A DNA stretch of 64,000 nucleotides from Felis catus (Eukaryota): the NCBI RefSeq assembly GCF_018350175.1, contig NC_058375.1, positions 114,018,001 through 114,082,000 of the forward strand, given 5' to 3'. Made by a program: the position numbers and the translations under genes. Under the pieces are notes generated by a model that had not been told where the DNA came from, did not search any database, and saw only the letters and a list, made by a program, of their open reading frames with translations. Shown here one piece after another: positions 40,068 to 53,195 of the stretch; within the stretch, counting starts at the first letter, position 1; the number at the start of each line of letters is the position of its first letter.

Positions 40068-40284
40068 TTTTTTTGTTTTTGTTTTTGTTTTTTTTAATTG
40101 TAATGTTTATTTATTTATTTTTTGAGAGAGACAGAGTGTGAGTGGGGGAGGGGCGGAGAGAACGGGAGACACAGAATCTGAAGCAGGCTCCAGGCTCCGA
40201 GCTGTCAGCACAGAGCCTGATGCAGGGCTCGAACTCATGAACTTAGAGATCATGAGCTGAGCCGACTGAGCCACCCAGGCACCC
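40068..40284 (-). mobile_element. Feliform Can-SINE with a small internal deletion
   Basis: TSD caggcaggaag; about 18 nt are missing from the head region. Confidence 0.95.
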
Positions 40285-40840
40285 CAGGCAGGAAGTTTTT
40301 AGAGAGCTATCAATAACTAATTCTAGCATGTTCTATGATACTTGAGATGAATAAAAACAAGTGAAGATTCTCTTCTATAAAAGATATTAGAAACTAAATC
40401 CTTAGTGATGATATATAATTAGATGATAAGTATATATTTGCTCAAAATATGTCCTTATTTTGAAGGTAACTTTGAACTGGTCAACAGATACAGCAAAAGA
40501 ATACTTGATATAGTAAAGTTATCTCTTAAGCAACACAAATTTTTTGACATTTGAGCTAAAAATAGTTAAACCACTTGTCTGCCCAGGATCTTGGGAGAAA
40601 TTAAGGCAAAGAGTGATAAGCTTTTGTCTTCTGATACAAATGCTCTGAGGAGAGGTATGGAAAGGTATAGATCATGGTCATACACAGCCTGGACTGCTAA
40701 GGCTGGCATTATATACACTCATTGGGTCTTGATTCTGAGACCCATACCTCATCTTTAGGGTCACCCTAGGTGCAGCTGCAGGTTGCTGAACTAGGAAAAA
40801 AATATACAGCTCCATGGGGACTGGCACAGAGAGTCTAGTC

Positions 40841-41042
40841 CTGCATTATCCAATATGGTGGACCCTACCCACACATGCTTATCTAAATCTAACTTTATTA
40901 AAATGAAATTGAATTAAAAATTCACTCCCTCAGTCATAACACCCACACTTCAACAGCACAAAAGCTGCTAGTGATTAGGTGTAGACAACATAAAAGAGAT
41001 TGTTTCCATCACTGCACAGTGTTCTTCTAGTGGGCAGTAAAG
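40841..41042. mobile_element. MER3/MER33-like hAT-Charlie MITE
   Basis: Flanked by a perfect 8-bp TSD gtctagtc (40833-40840 and 41043-41050), resembling the hAT nTCTAGAn target; internal aaattcactccctcagtcataacacccacacttcaa. Confidence 0.8.
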
Positions 41043-41349
41043 GTCTAGTCCAATTAGTATTCAATTCACTCACTGACACAAACATTTCTATTACATCCCA
41101 TAGGCTTCATCCATTCCTAGGGAGATATAGTCAGATCCATGATGCTCCTTCACTCTGACATCAGGAGTACAAGAACTCAAGGGGTATGTATATGTTTGAT
41201 GCCATTAATTGAGGTATAATTCAGCCTGGCATAGATACTAAGTGTATCTTCAAGACAATCCTATGAGATGTTTAGCTTAATTTTGTAAAGGCAACATTAT
41301 TTCTGTTATTTCTAAGTTGCTTGGGAGCCCATTAACCTCTAATGAAAAT

Positions 41350-41520
41350 ACTTGCTAACTATGTAATCTTGGAAAAGTCACTGAACACCTATAAACCTTA
41401 GTTCTCTACTTCGTAAAATGAGAATGGTTTATTTTAAACATTTTAGTATAGGTCTCCATAGATATGAGTAAGATAATTAGTAGAGGATAAAACCTAGCAT
41501 GGCACCTGGCCCATGGTTGG
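41350..41520 (+). mobile_element. MIR fragment
   Basis: ctaactatgtaatcttggaaaagtcactgaacac...cttagttctctacttcgtaaaatgag. Confidence 0.65.
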
Positions 41521-42214
41521 ATTCTACTAAATTTAGATGACGCCAGTTATACTATAGAAACAAGGGGAAAATTTCATAGGAGAAGAAAAAAAATTACAAC
41601 TTCCATATACTTTTTTCTTTTTTTTTTACAAAGAGGCTTTAGATGGCATTTGGAAAAAGTTGGAAGTGGCTCTCTCTGTTAGAAAGCACTAGAGAATTTG
41701 ACACAGCCCAGTGAATAATAACAATGTTTTTTAAGTCTCTGCCAGGCATTTCCAAAAAAGAGAGAGAAAAATAAAGACGGTGACAGAGTATGGATTGTAT
41801 ATGATTCCGATGCTGCTCTCTGGGCTCACGGGAAACCTTTATCCTTCTTCAATGACTTCACTTTCAGATAAACAGCTGACATAGTTACAGACACGCTGGC
41901 ACCCGTCAGTATCATTTTTTTTTAATCCCATTCCTAACAGGTGAACCATGCCAATTTCACGAGCTTTCCCAACTGAGCCTCCAGGAGGCTGTTTAGAGCT
42001 CGCTGAATCCAGGGGGTGCACTCCCCAGATCCTATTACCAGGAGACTGGTGACATGCTTTGACAATCACCGCAGACATTCTGTATGTTTCTCTAGACCTG
42101 GCTTCTCTTCAGACACACTTTTCTTTTTCAGAGCTAACCCCCTTATCTTCTAAAAGCATAAGATTGTAATAAGGATAATGCGCTCGCATGCTTCCTTCCA
42201 CTGTAATATTTATA

Positions 42215-42346
42215 NNNNNNNNNNNNNNNNNNNNNNNNNNNNNNNNNNNNNNNNNNNNNNNNNNNNNNNNNNNNNNNNNNNNNNNNNNNNNNNNNNNNNN
42301 NNNNNNNNNNNNNNNNNNNNNNNNNNNNNNNNNNNNNNNNNNNNNN
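42215..42346. other. Assembly gap (132 N)
   Basis: Run of N. Confidence 1.
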
Positions 42347-42619
42347 ACCAGCTGCTTTTATTGGGCACTCGAGCTATTCAAATAGAGTGCCGCTTGGTGT
42401 GAACCACAGTGGGAAGTTTTCAATAGGAGAAAGAGGTGAAGGGTTTCAGTCCCCAAATCTTGGACAACGGTCTCCAGGGTGTGGGACGGGAAAAGATATT
42501 AAAGATGATGAAGTTCATTCCATCTCTTGAGGTGACACTACATCCGACTCCCAGAGGAGTGTTGAGTGTTGTCAGTTACACATGCTTTTCATCCCCAGCC
42601 ACCAACAGCAGATGCTGTT

Positions 42620-43212
42620 AAGGTTCAATTTATTCAACAAATGATGGCGAAGCATGCGCCCTCAACAGAAAGCATCAGTGGGCATATCAAGAACTTTCTC
42701 TGAGAGGGCGAAATACAGATCCAAAACAGGTGACAGTCATGATCGGAAGCTAAATGTAATAGAGATAAGAAGTGCCAGGGACGGTCACATAAGGTCTTGG
42801 TGAACATCAGGCACAGGAAGGGAGACTTGACAGGGTAGGTGGGATCTGAACTAGTCTGTGAGAGATGGGCAGAACTGGGGTAAAAGGAACGGTGGAAGGA
42901 AACTCCACACAAGTAAATAGCAGCAGGTGCCTGGGGGCTAGAATAAGACCGGCTGCTATGGGGCAGGGAGGGGTAAACTTTGGAACTGAATTGCCCCTCG
43001 ACTGCTATTTTCACCTCAGCTTGCTCTGCTTGCCTGTCACAATGCAGCTCAGATGTAACTCCATGCCCCTCCGTGCCACAAGTTTCCCTGTGTACCCTGT
43101 CTGCTTTTTGTCTGGCTTTCTTGCTCTTGAGCTTTCCCGCAGGCAGAGATTATACATATTCGGGAACATAGCAGATGCTCAGTAAGTGCTTATAAAGAGA
43201 ATGATGAATTAA
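42620..43212. mobile_element. L2 fragments in both orientations
   Basis: tttattcaacaaatgatgg (minus-strand 3' end) and gaacatagcagatgctcagtaagtg...atgatgaatt (plus-strand 3' end). Confidence 0.5.
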
Positions 43213-45160
43213 TAGAGGAGATAATGTGGAAGAGGAAGGAAACGGGAGAAGCGGTCAAGGGAGACCAAAGAGGCAAGCGGGGGGGTGGGGATCCTTGTCT
43301 TCAATGCCTCACTCCATCAACTACAAGAGGGCAGGGGAAACACATGTACAGAATCTGAATTTCACCATGGCTAGAGTTGTAATAAAATCTGTATCTCGGG
43401 AACTAGGAGAGAGGTACGGGGCAAACTGCCACTAAGAGAATAGTTCTCCGCTATTTTATTTCCCTATCTAAAAAGTGGCTCTACATTTAGGATAATTCCA
43501 TCAAGAAAAGTTGTGTTATGAATTCACTATGATGGGGAGAATGAAGTGGTCGCAAATGGAAAATTTAATGCAGGCAGGAGCTCGTCCTCAGGGCCTCTTT
43601 TCATGGGTCCCTGTACGACCATGTCAAATGCGGATCCCGAGAAAAGGCATCACAGCTTTCAGAACGGTGAGGATTCGCCCTGGTCTCCATCAGTGCCCGC
43701 CCTCCCTCTTCTTCTCAGATGTCTCAGACGTTGAAGAATTATTTAATATCACTGGAAACAATAGTAATTTGTATTACCTTCCTTACTATTTGCTCAAGTC
43801 CCTGCCGACCACATGGTCTCAGTTCCCCCCAGCGTGTGGTTCTTCTCCAATAAACCCCAGAGTAGCAGCTTAGCATGAGTAAGCATGGTAATTAGAATGA
43901 CCTTTAAAAGGCATATGCCTCCTGTCACGTTCAGATTCTTGTGCTTTACCAAGCTGCCAGCTGAAATATCATTACCACCTTTACACTGGGGTTTATTTTG
44001 GATGGGAAGACACGGACCTGTTTTTTGTTTTTGTTTTTCTATTTTGCTAAGTGTAAGTGCAGCTAATATGATATTAGGAATGAGCTAGTAGAAGGTTAAA
44101 GGTAAACCCCTTAGCCTTGCAGCCAGGACAGCATATTTTGGGGTCGGGGGAATTAAAGGTATGCTATTATTACTGAAAGACAGAAGAATTCCCAGCACAT
44201 TCTTCTTGGGGGAAATGTTGAGAAATTTGTTTTCAGCTAAAAACACAGAAAGTTTCTTCCCACTAAAGAAAGCTGAATTTCCCACCCCTATCCCCCTATC
44301 CCTCCCCCCAGCACACAGTGATTTCAGCAGAGGACATATATGACACTGAGATCAGAATCGCCAGCCAGAGGTCTGTAGGAGGCACTGGAAACTACAAACC
44401 AGACTGGCAGTGAACAGTTGTGTTTGCAGAGTCTGAAGACAATGGCACCCACATGTCTCCTTTCTGACAACCACCCCCACCCCCTCAAAAGCCAGCTGCC
44501 TCTCAGTCTCTCCTAGCACTCTGTGGATCTGCTTCATGCTAATCACACCTTATTGAGGAGCATATGTGATCATTTCCATAATCATTGGGTTAAAATCTGT
44601 GTCTCTCCATGGAGCGTTCTGAAATCAGGGGCATGAAGACCTACTATGCTCAGCACAGACGTCCATCCTTAGCTCCTATCCAGGAGGTGACCCAGCAGAG
44701 ATGTTCCAAATACAGGAGATGAATGAATGAATAAGGAGTGCACGAACGACCCACAATAGTAACAAACAGACTCCTAATCCAAGCATACCAGGAAGGACAA
44801 GCAGCAACTCTCTGTCCTGTTCAGCCTTGGATCTCCAGGGCAAAACAACAACAAAAAAGCGCCTGGCACATAGTAGGCCCTCTGAAAAGATTTGCTGAAT
44901 GAATGTGTGGGTCACAGAGGAAGATCAGCAGAGTATGGGCGGTCTCTCAGCAAGCAGGACCAAGAAGTACATCAGGACTCACCAGATAGCGTCATATTTT
45001 TGTATCCTGTGTGTGTGAATATCTCCTGACATCTGTGCGCACACAAATGTCCAGGCTGATGCATACGATTCTCATTTCAGAGTGTGAGTCTGTAATTCTC
45101 AACAGAATTATCTGGTCAAACATATAAACCTTGAGTCATTTACCACTGTCTGGGATTATT

Positions 45161-45362
45161 ATTATTGTTATTTTAATGTTATTTATCTTAGAGAAAGAGA
45201 GCACGCAAGTGGAGGAGGGACAGAGAGAGAGGGAGACAGAAGATCCGAAGCGGGCTCTGTGATGATAGCACAGAGTCTGATGCGGGGCCTGAACTCACAA
45301 ACCGTGAGATCATGACCTGAGTCCAAGTCTGATCCTCAACCGACTGAGCCACCCAGGTGCCC
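45161..45362 (-). mobile_element. Feliform Can-SINE
   Basis: Perfect 15-bp TSD ctgtctgggattatt (45146-45160 and 45363-45377). Confidence 0.96.
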
Positions 45363-45541
45363 CTGTCTGGGATTATTTTAAATTCTAAAGCAGGGATAGC
45401 CCCTTACCTAATTGTTACAGGGGAAAAAAAAAAATTTTTTTGGCATGTATAAAAGCAGGTCGCAAGCTGATGATGACATTTTTGTCATAATAAAATTAAT
45501 GGTGTCCTGGACACATGAGGTATCACATGACTCAAGACTAT

Positions 45542-45768
45542 GGGGTAGCCTGGGTGGCTCAGTCGGTTGACAGTCCGACTTCAGCTCAGGTCATGATCGC
45601 ATGGTTTGTGAGTTCGAGCCCCACGTCAGGCTCTGTACTGACATCTCAGAGCCTAGAGCCTGCTTCCAATTCTGTGTCTTCCTCTGTCTCTCTCTGTCCC
45701 TCTCCCCCTCATGCTCTGTCTCTTTCTCTCAAAAATAAATAAACATTAAATTTTTTTTACATAAAAGA
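45542..45768 (+). mobile_element. Feliform Can-SINE
   Basis: TSD aagactatg; full body. Confidence 0.95.
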
Positions 45769-48270
45769 AAAGACTATGAAGTTTGATATGTTCGTATTCT
45801 TTTGCATAACTGCCAGTGTGAGGTTTGTAATGCTTCTTCCCTCTGTGTTTTCCAGGTGTGGAGATGATCTCCCACTCCACCCACAGCATATCCCAATGTT
45901 AGGAGAGAAAGACCCTAGTAAATCACGTCGAAGCGATCTAGTCAAGATGAAGCTAAACCTGGAGGGAAGATTTCAAATCTGTAACTTGAACTGTGTGAAA
46001 ACATTCATCACTTGTCCAAAAAATAAAATGGGTTATGTATGTAGGTAAATTATTCAGAAGGGTGTCATCTTTTTCTACCTGTGTATGGGTTTTCTAACAC
46101 CGAGCCCGCTGAGATACACACAGCCCCATCCATTTCTGTCTCTCTTTTCACTTTAAGAACTTTCATCATCTTGCCCTCAGTCAATCCTTGCCCTAAGTTC
46201 AAGAGGGAGGCCGTAATAATATCGTGTTGCTCTCCTTTAGCCCCCTAGAGTGGTCAGATGCAGCCAGTGTCCCCATTTGACTATGGACAGAAGTGAGACA
46301 TGAAGAGGTTAAGTGACTGGCTGTGTCCAAAGTCAGGCTAAAATGTAAACAGCAGGGGTTTCACCGCTGCCTGAAATCCCGACTTTGATTCTGTTGTGAC
46401 GTACATTATTAAATTCATGTGCAAGTCGGTCTCCTCATCTGCTGAGCGGGGAAGCCAGTGTCCCCTTTGTGACGGTTACAGCAATGGTACGTGGTCATGC
46501 TGGCCGCGCATGTGAGATGGGCAGCGGGAAGGCCGAACCCTGCGCTCAGAAGTCCAGGCCGCAGCAAAACCCAAGAGGCCGAATCCAGTTTCGGGAGCTT
46601 CCTGTGAGATATCTTGGTGCAAGATAAAAATAGCACGGAACTGATTTTAAATTTAGGTTTCGATGCAGAAACAGGTGAGGACATTTTGTCGCAAGTCAGA
46701 CCTGTTTTTTCTCCAAGTGAAAACATAGTAAGGTTTTTGCTCTTTCCGATCGTGCCCAGAAACAGTGCTTACAAGGAGCCACCCATGAATGCTTTTGGAC
46801 TAGAGGAAAACAGCGCCCAAGGTGCCAGGGGCTTCGCCTCAGCAGCCCAATGAGTGGACATCAGTATAAGTGAGGGAAAAAGAAAACAAACGATTGGGAC
46901 ACTGCCCATGGAGAAAGGAGCACTCTTTGGAGAATGAGAAAAACAGACAGAAGGCCTTTATCAGGGTGCTGGGTGAGGCTTATTTATGTAACGCTTGTGT
47001 GAAGGGAGCAACAAAGAAAAGTCTCTTTCTTCTTATTAATTTAGAAATGTTTTCCACACAGTTAAATATAAGCACTGGCTGCCAGAAGTGACTTGAGGAT
47101 CTAAAATCGCCTTTTTCCCCCGTTTTTATTCCAGATCGAAAGTTTTTCTTGGTTTCTATGCCATCTAAAACATCTGAATTCCTTAGCCAGTATGTCTCAG
47201 GAGACAGGCTCCAAGCGCTTCCTGATTGGAAAAGACATTTTCTTACTGCGATCTAAAGCTGCACCCCTCACCTCAACCTCATGACTATAGCTCTTGGAAT
47301 GAATCCTTCAGCTTCCAGAAGCCCTGGTGATAATTCACCCAGCTCGTTGTTCCGGCTTGGTTTTCTGCAGCCGTATTTCAGATCACTGGTTGGTGAGGGA
47401 ACAGTCTCACCACCTTCTGATGGGACAGAATCAAGAGCCACCTTTGGCTTCGTTGGCGCTCTGTGCCTTCTGTGAATCACTGGTGCCCCGATGCCCTTCC
47501 GCACGCACAGGTAGAGAAGGACCATTTCATCAAGATAATGATCCACTTTTCTTGTAAAAACAAGGAATAAGAGAGATGAGGTTGGGCACAGAACACAGAT
47601 TCACTCGTTCAAGCTCACTTATTCAGGTCCAAGCCAGGTGGTATATTCCCCCAATGCCCCTCTTCCATCTGACTTTCAAAGAGGTATAAGCTCGGTGATG
47701 GGGAGTAACTCTCATTCAATTAGCAGATGAGTAAATCGCTCTTTTCTAGATAAAAGGCACTTAACAAACCCATTCAAAATCTGCCTCGTGAAGACAGCCA
47801 GCCATTTCAAGTCACTTGTGAGGCTTCTGTATTCCCTAACCAGCCTGAAGAAATAGAGGTGGAGACTTCAGCTCTCTCTGAACCTCAGTGTGCTTGTCAC
47901 AAGGGTGTGACAATGAGCTGCAAGGATGACAGCCCCTCAGGTATCCTTGGTGGTCCATCACTGTGGCCCATATCCCTTTTCTGCCTGCATCGATACAACC
48001 TGCTTCAAGATCAGGACACAAGATGAAAACACATCATTTTCTACTTTGCAATCCCGCTGAAGAATGTTGGATGCCTGCGAACTACAAAGTTATAAGTAGT
48101 CAAGTGCAAAGCAAGGACAGGTCGAACCTCTTCAACCAGACCCCTTGGTCTGTAGCCAGGCTCTGCTACATAACTCGCCGTGTGAACCAGACAAGGTATT
48201 AGCTAGTGCTGCTGTGTCTCAATCCTGTTCTGTACCATGGAGTTAACAGTATTACCCACTTCATAGGGTT

Positions 48271-48275
48271 CACAC

Positions 48276-48318
<43 letters not shown>
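48271..48318. repeat. (CA)4 CG (CA)19 microsatellite
   Basis: Read directly. Confidence 0.97.
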
Positions 48319-48320
<2 letters not shown>

Positions 48321-48808
48321 GTTCTGGCACACAGTAACCATTTTTTAGGATTAGCTATTAATATGGCCTGTTATTCAGATTTTAAACTGTTTTGTTTGCT
48401 GCAAGTTCCCTATGGCTTTGACTTTAAGTTCTATTTTACCCACTGATGCCAATACAGCTTCTCCCATACAGGGAGACAAATGCCCAGCACCTCTCCTGTT
48501 CTGAGTCCCAGGCTTAATCCCTCCACCTCACCTGAAACAGCCCTGTCTGACCTCCCTAAACACAGCTCACACATCAAGTTCTCAACATCTTATTTCCTCA
48601 GTGACATTCCCCTGACTTGCTCTGCATACCTGAATGCATGTCTCCTTTTTCTCTCCTTTAGGCAATAGGCCCTCCACCTTTCTGTGGATCGAAAAGTCAG
48701 CAAAATCTGGATTTGAATCGCAGGTCCACCAAATACTAAGAATGCGACCTCTGGCAGCTTACTAAGCATGGGTGATTTTATCCCTAAGATAACAGTAAGA
48801 GGGCAACC

Positions 48809-48985
48809 CAACGGTTCGCAAATCTGACTGTGCATCTGAATCACCCTGGTGTCAGGGGCTTTGTAAAACTCAGCTTGCTCCCCTTCCCCAGGTTTCTGAT
48901 CCAAAAGGTACAGGGCCTGAGAATATGCATTTCTAACATGCCTCTAGGTGCTGGCGGTCTGTGGGAGCCACACTTTGAGAACCAG
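48809..48985. mobile_element. MER5A-like hAT-Charlie element
   Basis: tgcatctgaatcaccctgg...ggcctgagaatatgcatttctaaca...cacactttgagaacca. Confidence 0.8.
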
Positions 48986-50476
48986 CCTGGCTGGCAGAGC
49001 TGCGGAGAGGCTTAAATGAAATCGTATTTAGAGAATGTTTGCTCAGTAACTGTTACATAAACTCTAACCTTTTCTTTTCCTCCATAAAATAGACTAGCAT
49101 GATAAATAAAAACAGCAGAAGTGCTCTTGTTTTGATGATGGCTCCATCCCATGAGTTAAAGGAGAACACCATATTGTAGCATTTCTCACTTGAGAGTTAG
49201 AAACTCAGATTGTGTGGGCATTGCCCTTGCAATGGCTTTTCTGGCACCCAATGGAAAGGCTTTCAATTTTAGAGAAGAACTAAAACATATGCATTACCAT
49301 GCAATGTAAGCTTTTTATACAGCCTACTGTTTTTAACAGACTCCCACACACAGAGTGGGTTTTTAGCATAAGTCTGTTTATGGGAGGTCATCCAAAATAA
49401 TGCTTCTCCACTCTCAGTGTTTACAACACTCCAAACTCTGAACCAAGAAGGTAAGAATCTTGACCAGAGAGTTTAGCAGATGCTTTTCTTAAACGAATGT
49501 GTGTTGTGGGGGGGGGTGGGGGGGAAGGAAGTGGTTATGGAGTGAGAAGATACATTTCATAACTTATTTGGCTGCAAGACATTTAAAGCAGCATTTCGCA
49601 TGTGACTCACTCATTGGAACAAGCCAATTGTTTCATTTTTAAAAGGGCTGGAGCAAAAAAGTCCCCATTGGAGGCAAAAACAAAGACCCCACGGGAAGAG
49701 CCCTGCTTCCATACCTGGCTTTGCCATACTCCGCTAGACCTCTATCTTCTCCTATGCAAAACCAAAGGTGGATGATCTCCAAGGACCTTCCCCAGCGCCA
49801 TCACTCTATGAGGAAGGGATGCGGGGCAAGGCGACACGTGACCACATAGACCCTTTGCCAGACCCCAGGAAACCGGATGAAATCAGTCTCTTTCCATCTG
49901 TAGAAAGCTTCGGTGTCATATTTTTTGGTAGGCAGGGTCACCATCATTCTAATGGCAGCACCACCACCCACAGGGTGTGAGGCTTATCTAGAATGAAAGA
50001 CCAAGCTCTGACTTACAGCAAGGCCAGCAAGTCAACTGTCTCTCAAATAACACAAAGACAAGTTATGTTTCATGGCAACTGCAGCTATTCTAAGACGCAC
50101 ACTCCCTCCACACCAAAATATCCCTTCGCGAAGGCACCCCTGAGGATCTGACTGGTTTCATTTGTATTCCCAAAAGCTTTGTTTGCAGTGGGAAGCAGGG
50201 CAGGAGCTCGGAGACAAAAACCAGGAAAGCTGGAGGGAGACAGGATTCATTTGTGCTCACATCCAAGGGCCTCCCGTGGATTGATTTCAATACTTTGGAG
50301 CTGGCCATTGAGATAGAGTTGCTGGAACTTTTCAGAGACCCTGTGAGATTCTGATCAGGAGGACAGCTGCTTGGGGGCACAGTTGGGGCAGAAGTCATCC
50401 CTCTTCCCCACACCTACACCACTTCTGTGCAGAATCTACACAGTCCCATGACTTATAGGATTGGAAGCTTTTAGGA

Positions 50477-50624
50477 CAGTGATTCTCAAAGTCAGCTCCT
50501 AAGACCATGCCAGCAGCACCCTGGAATTTGGTAGAAATGCACATTCCCTGGCCCACAACAATAATGTCTGAAACTCTAGGCCCAGTGGTTTGGGTTTTAA
50601 CAACCCCTCCTCGTGATTCTGATG
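50477..50624. mobile_element. MER5A-like hAT-Charlie fragment
   Basis: cagtgattctcaaagt...cagcagcaccctggaatttggtagaaatgcacattc...ttttaacaacccctcc. Confidence 0.8.
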
Positions 50625-51099
50625 TGATCCTGCTGAAATTCGCCTGCACAAGCTAACGAGTCGCTTGCTCCCAGGTTCATGTAAATTCAGGGTCTACAGT
50701 TGCATGAGCCAAGAAATAAGAACTGCCTTAAATTCTGCGCCCCAGGGCATACCAATCACAAGCTTTCCTTACCCAACCAGGCCCTGAGAATCAAGTTTTG
50801 GTAGAATTGAAAGACTGCGGCCTTGGCACCCAAACTGATGGGCACTTTCCTAATGGGTGGTTGTTTGTGGCCCTCAGGGAGAACTCCTCTGAACAACAAC
50901 TCAATCCAAGTCATTAAGCAGAGGAACTTGAGGGCACATATGAGGTACATCTAAGGGGATCCACCCTGCAAACTAATGGGAATCACTTGGCCACAGTGGG
51001 CTGGAAGAACTTCGGAGGGAGACCAGAGCCTTCTCCTCTCTCCATGGAATCTGGAGAGCTAGCAAACGTTGGCTATGGGGAGTTAACATGGAGAACATT

Positions 51100-51320
51100 T
51101 ACATACGATCTACTACTGTTTACTAGCCATGCAACTCAGCGCCTGGTTTCTCACACTGTCTCATTTAACTCTCAATGCAAAGGTAGATTTTACAATCTCG
51201 GTTTTGCAAAAGTGGAAACAGACACAATAAGGTTAAATGATATGTGTCGTATCTCAAGCTGACAAGTAGTGACTGGGAATTAAACACACTCTATCACCTC
51301 TCGAGGCTGCTGCCACCTGC
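51100..51320 (-). mobile_element. MIR fragment
   Basis: tctcatttaactctcaatgcaaaggtagattttacaatctcggttttgcaaaagtggaaacag...aaggttaaatga. Confidence 0.7.
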
Positions 51321-52962
51321 ACAGAGATTAATGAATTGCCCTCCGTGTGACACCCACTCACCCCACCTCAGACAGTGTGTCCCTGTTTGCTCCTCTAAGT
51401 TTGGCTTCACACCTTGGATCCCGTCTCCTCTTCATATTCTAAGACAATATTTGGTGATGTGTTTCTTCTGCCCTGGACTTTGGACTCAGCAGGACTGGAC
51501 ACAGCTCCTTGAGTGGGCTTGGTAGGATCTTCCAACAAAAGTCCTGGGAAGAGGTACTTCTTGACCTGGATCACCGGGACTTACTTCACTCAGTCCCCCC
51601 AACCCCTGATGCTGCACACCACTTTGAATGCCCCCTTCTAAATGGCATTTAATTAGGCAACTAACGTTTACAAAGAATTTAATATGTTGAATATCCCCAA
51701 AAAACTTTTCTACGGTGGGGCAGAAGATAGGGCCACTTGTTTAGGAGCCACAGACACCCCACAACTGCCATTTCCAGGCTAGTGTCTGCTGGGTGCAAGT
51801 CAGGGAGAGAACACTGGCAGGGTTCAACTCTGACCCACAACTTCAATCCTGTAGTCATGGAAAAACTGACATATGTCTCTAGGTCTTAGTTGACTCTGAG
51901 AAATGGGAATATCGATGCCCTTGCACTGCCAGGCTTCCACAGTTCTTACCACATCTTTTGCCACCCAAGTATATACTTGGGTATATACCTCACCCATAGA
52001 ATTCCTCACCCATTCACTCAATGCCTATCTAAGAGGTTGAGTACCGGAGGGTATGATAAAGTTGTTCATGGAGCAAAGCATTTATCGGGGGTGACTTTGT
52101 TTTGTGTAGTTTAAAATATCATGTCCTACCTCCTTTAAGTCCAAGAAGACTGCAAGAGGTAAGTGTGGATCTCGAAGAACATTGGTCTGGGGTGCGGAAA
52201 ACATGAGGTTGAAGATGCAGCACGCAAAGTGAGGTATGGTGGATGCACATTCTAGTCGAGAGGTTTAGAAAGACTATGGAAAGTGCACGGGATTTGCTGG
52301 GAATGCTCCATTCTGGCCCCACATGTGGTTCCCACAAAGGTGCTCTACCTCCTTCTCCCAGTCCATCCCTGGACTGCCAGCCACTCGGCAATTTTACTGA
52401 TGGCACCTCCTAAAGTCAGCAGTCTCTGCTGCCAGAACTGGGGGTCAGGCCAATTGCTCAGCCTCCTTCTTTCCAGAGAGGCCAGAAGACTTGGTAATTT
52501 GCCCATCATGGAGATGGCTGAAATGCAAACTGTTAGTTTAGGCTCCTTAATCCATGAGAATGGACCCTCCCAGCTGTTACCTAAGGCATGGTCTCAGGAA
52601 CATTTTGTGAATTTGCTCATGTTTCAGGGACCCTCATGGGAGGAAGCACTTCGAATCCTGGAACGTTTGTGAATGCCACCTTGGTTTTCCTAGAGTGATT
52701 AGCACTGAGAGCCTTATGGGTCACTGAGAGGGCTGGATTCTTCTGGCCAGCCAGGTCAGCTAGCTTTGAGGGAGAAGAAAGGGAACAGGGAGGGGTGGGG
52801 CAGACAACCACTGAAAGGCCAGGGGGAGGACTGGGTCTTTAAAGCCTACGAGGAAAGGGCAGAGAATTTGGCCAGGGAGAGAAGAGACTCTCAGGCCAGA
52901 TCAAAGGCTGCCCTCCTTGGACTTTCCAGACAGGAGCATAGTTAAGAAAAAAAACACAGCCA

Positions 52963-53088
52963 GGGGCACCTGAATGGCTCAGTCTGTTAAGCATCAGACT
53001 CTTGATTTTAGCTCAGGTCATGATCTCACAGTTTGTGGGTTCGAACCCCACAGTGGGCTCTGCGCTGAGAGTGTGGAGCCTGCTTGGG

Positions 53089-53134
<46 letters not shown>

Positions 53135-53195
53135 TCTTTCTATGCCCCTGCCACATCCTCTCTCTCAAAATAAACTTAAAAAAAAAAACAATAAT
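52963..53195 (+). mobile_element. Can-SINE
   Basis: Head, long (CT)n and A tail; TSD aaaaacacagcca. Confidence 0.95.
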
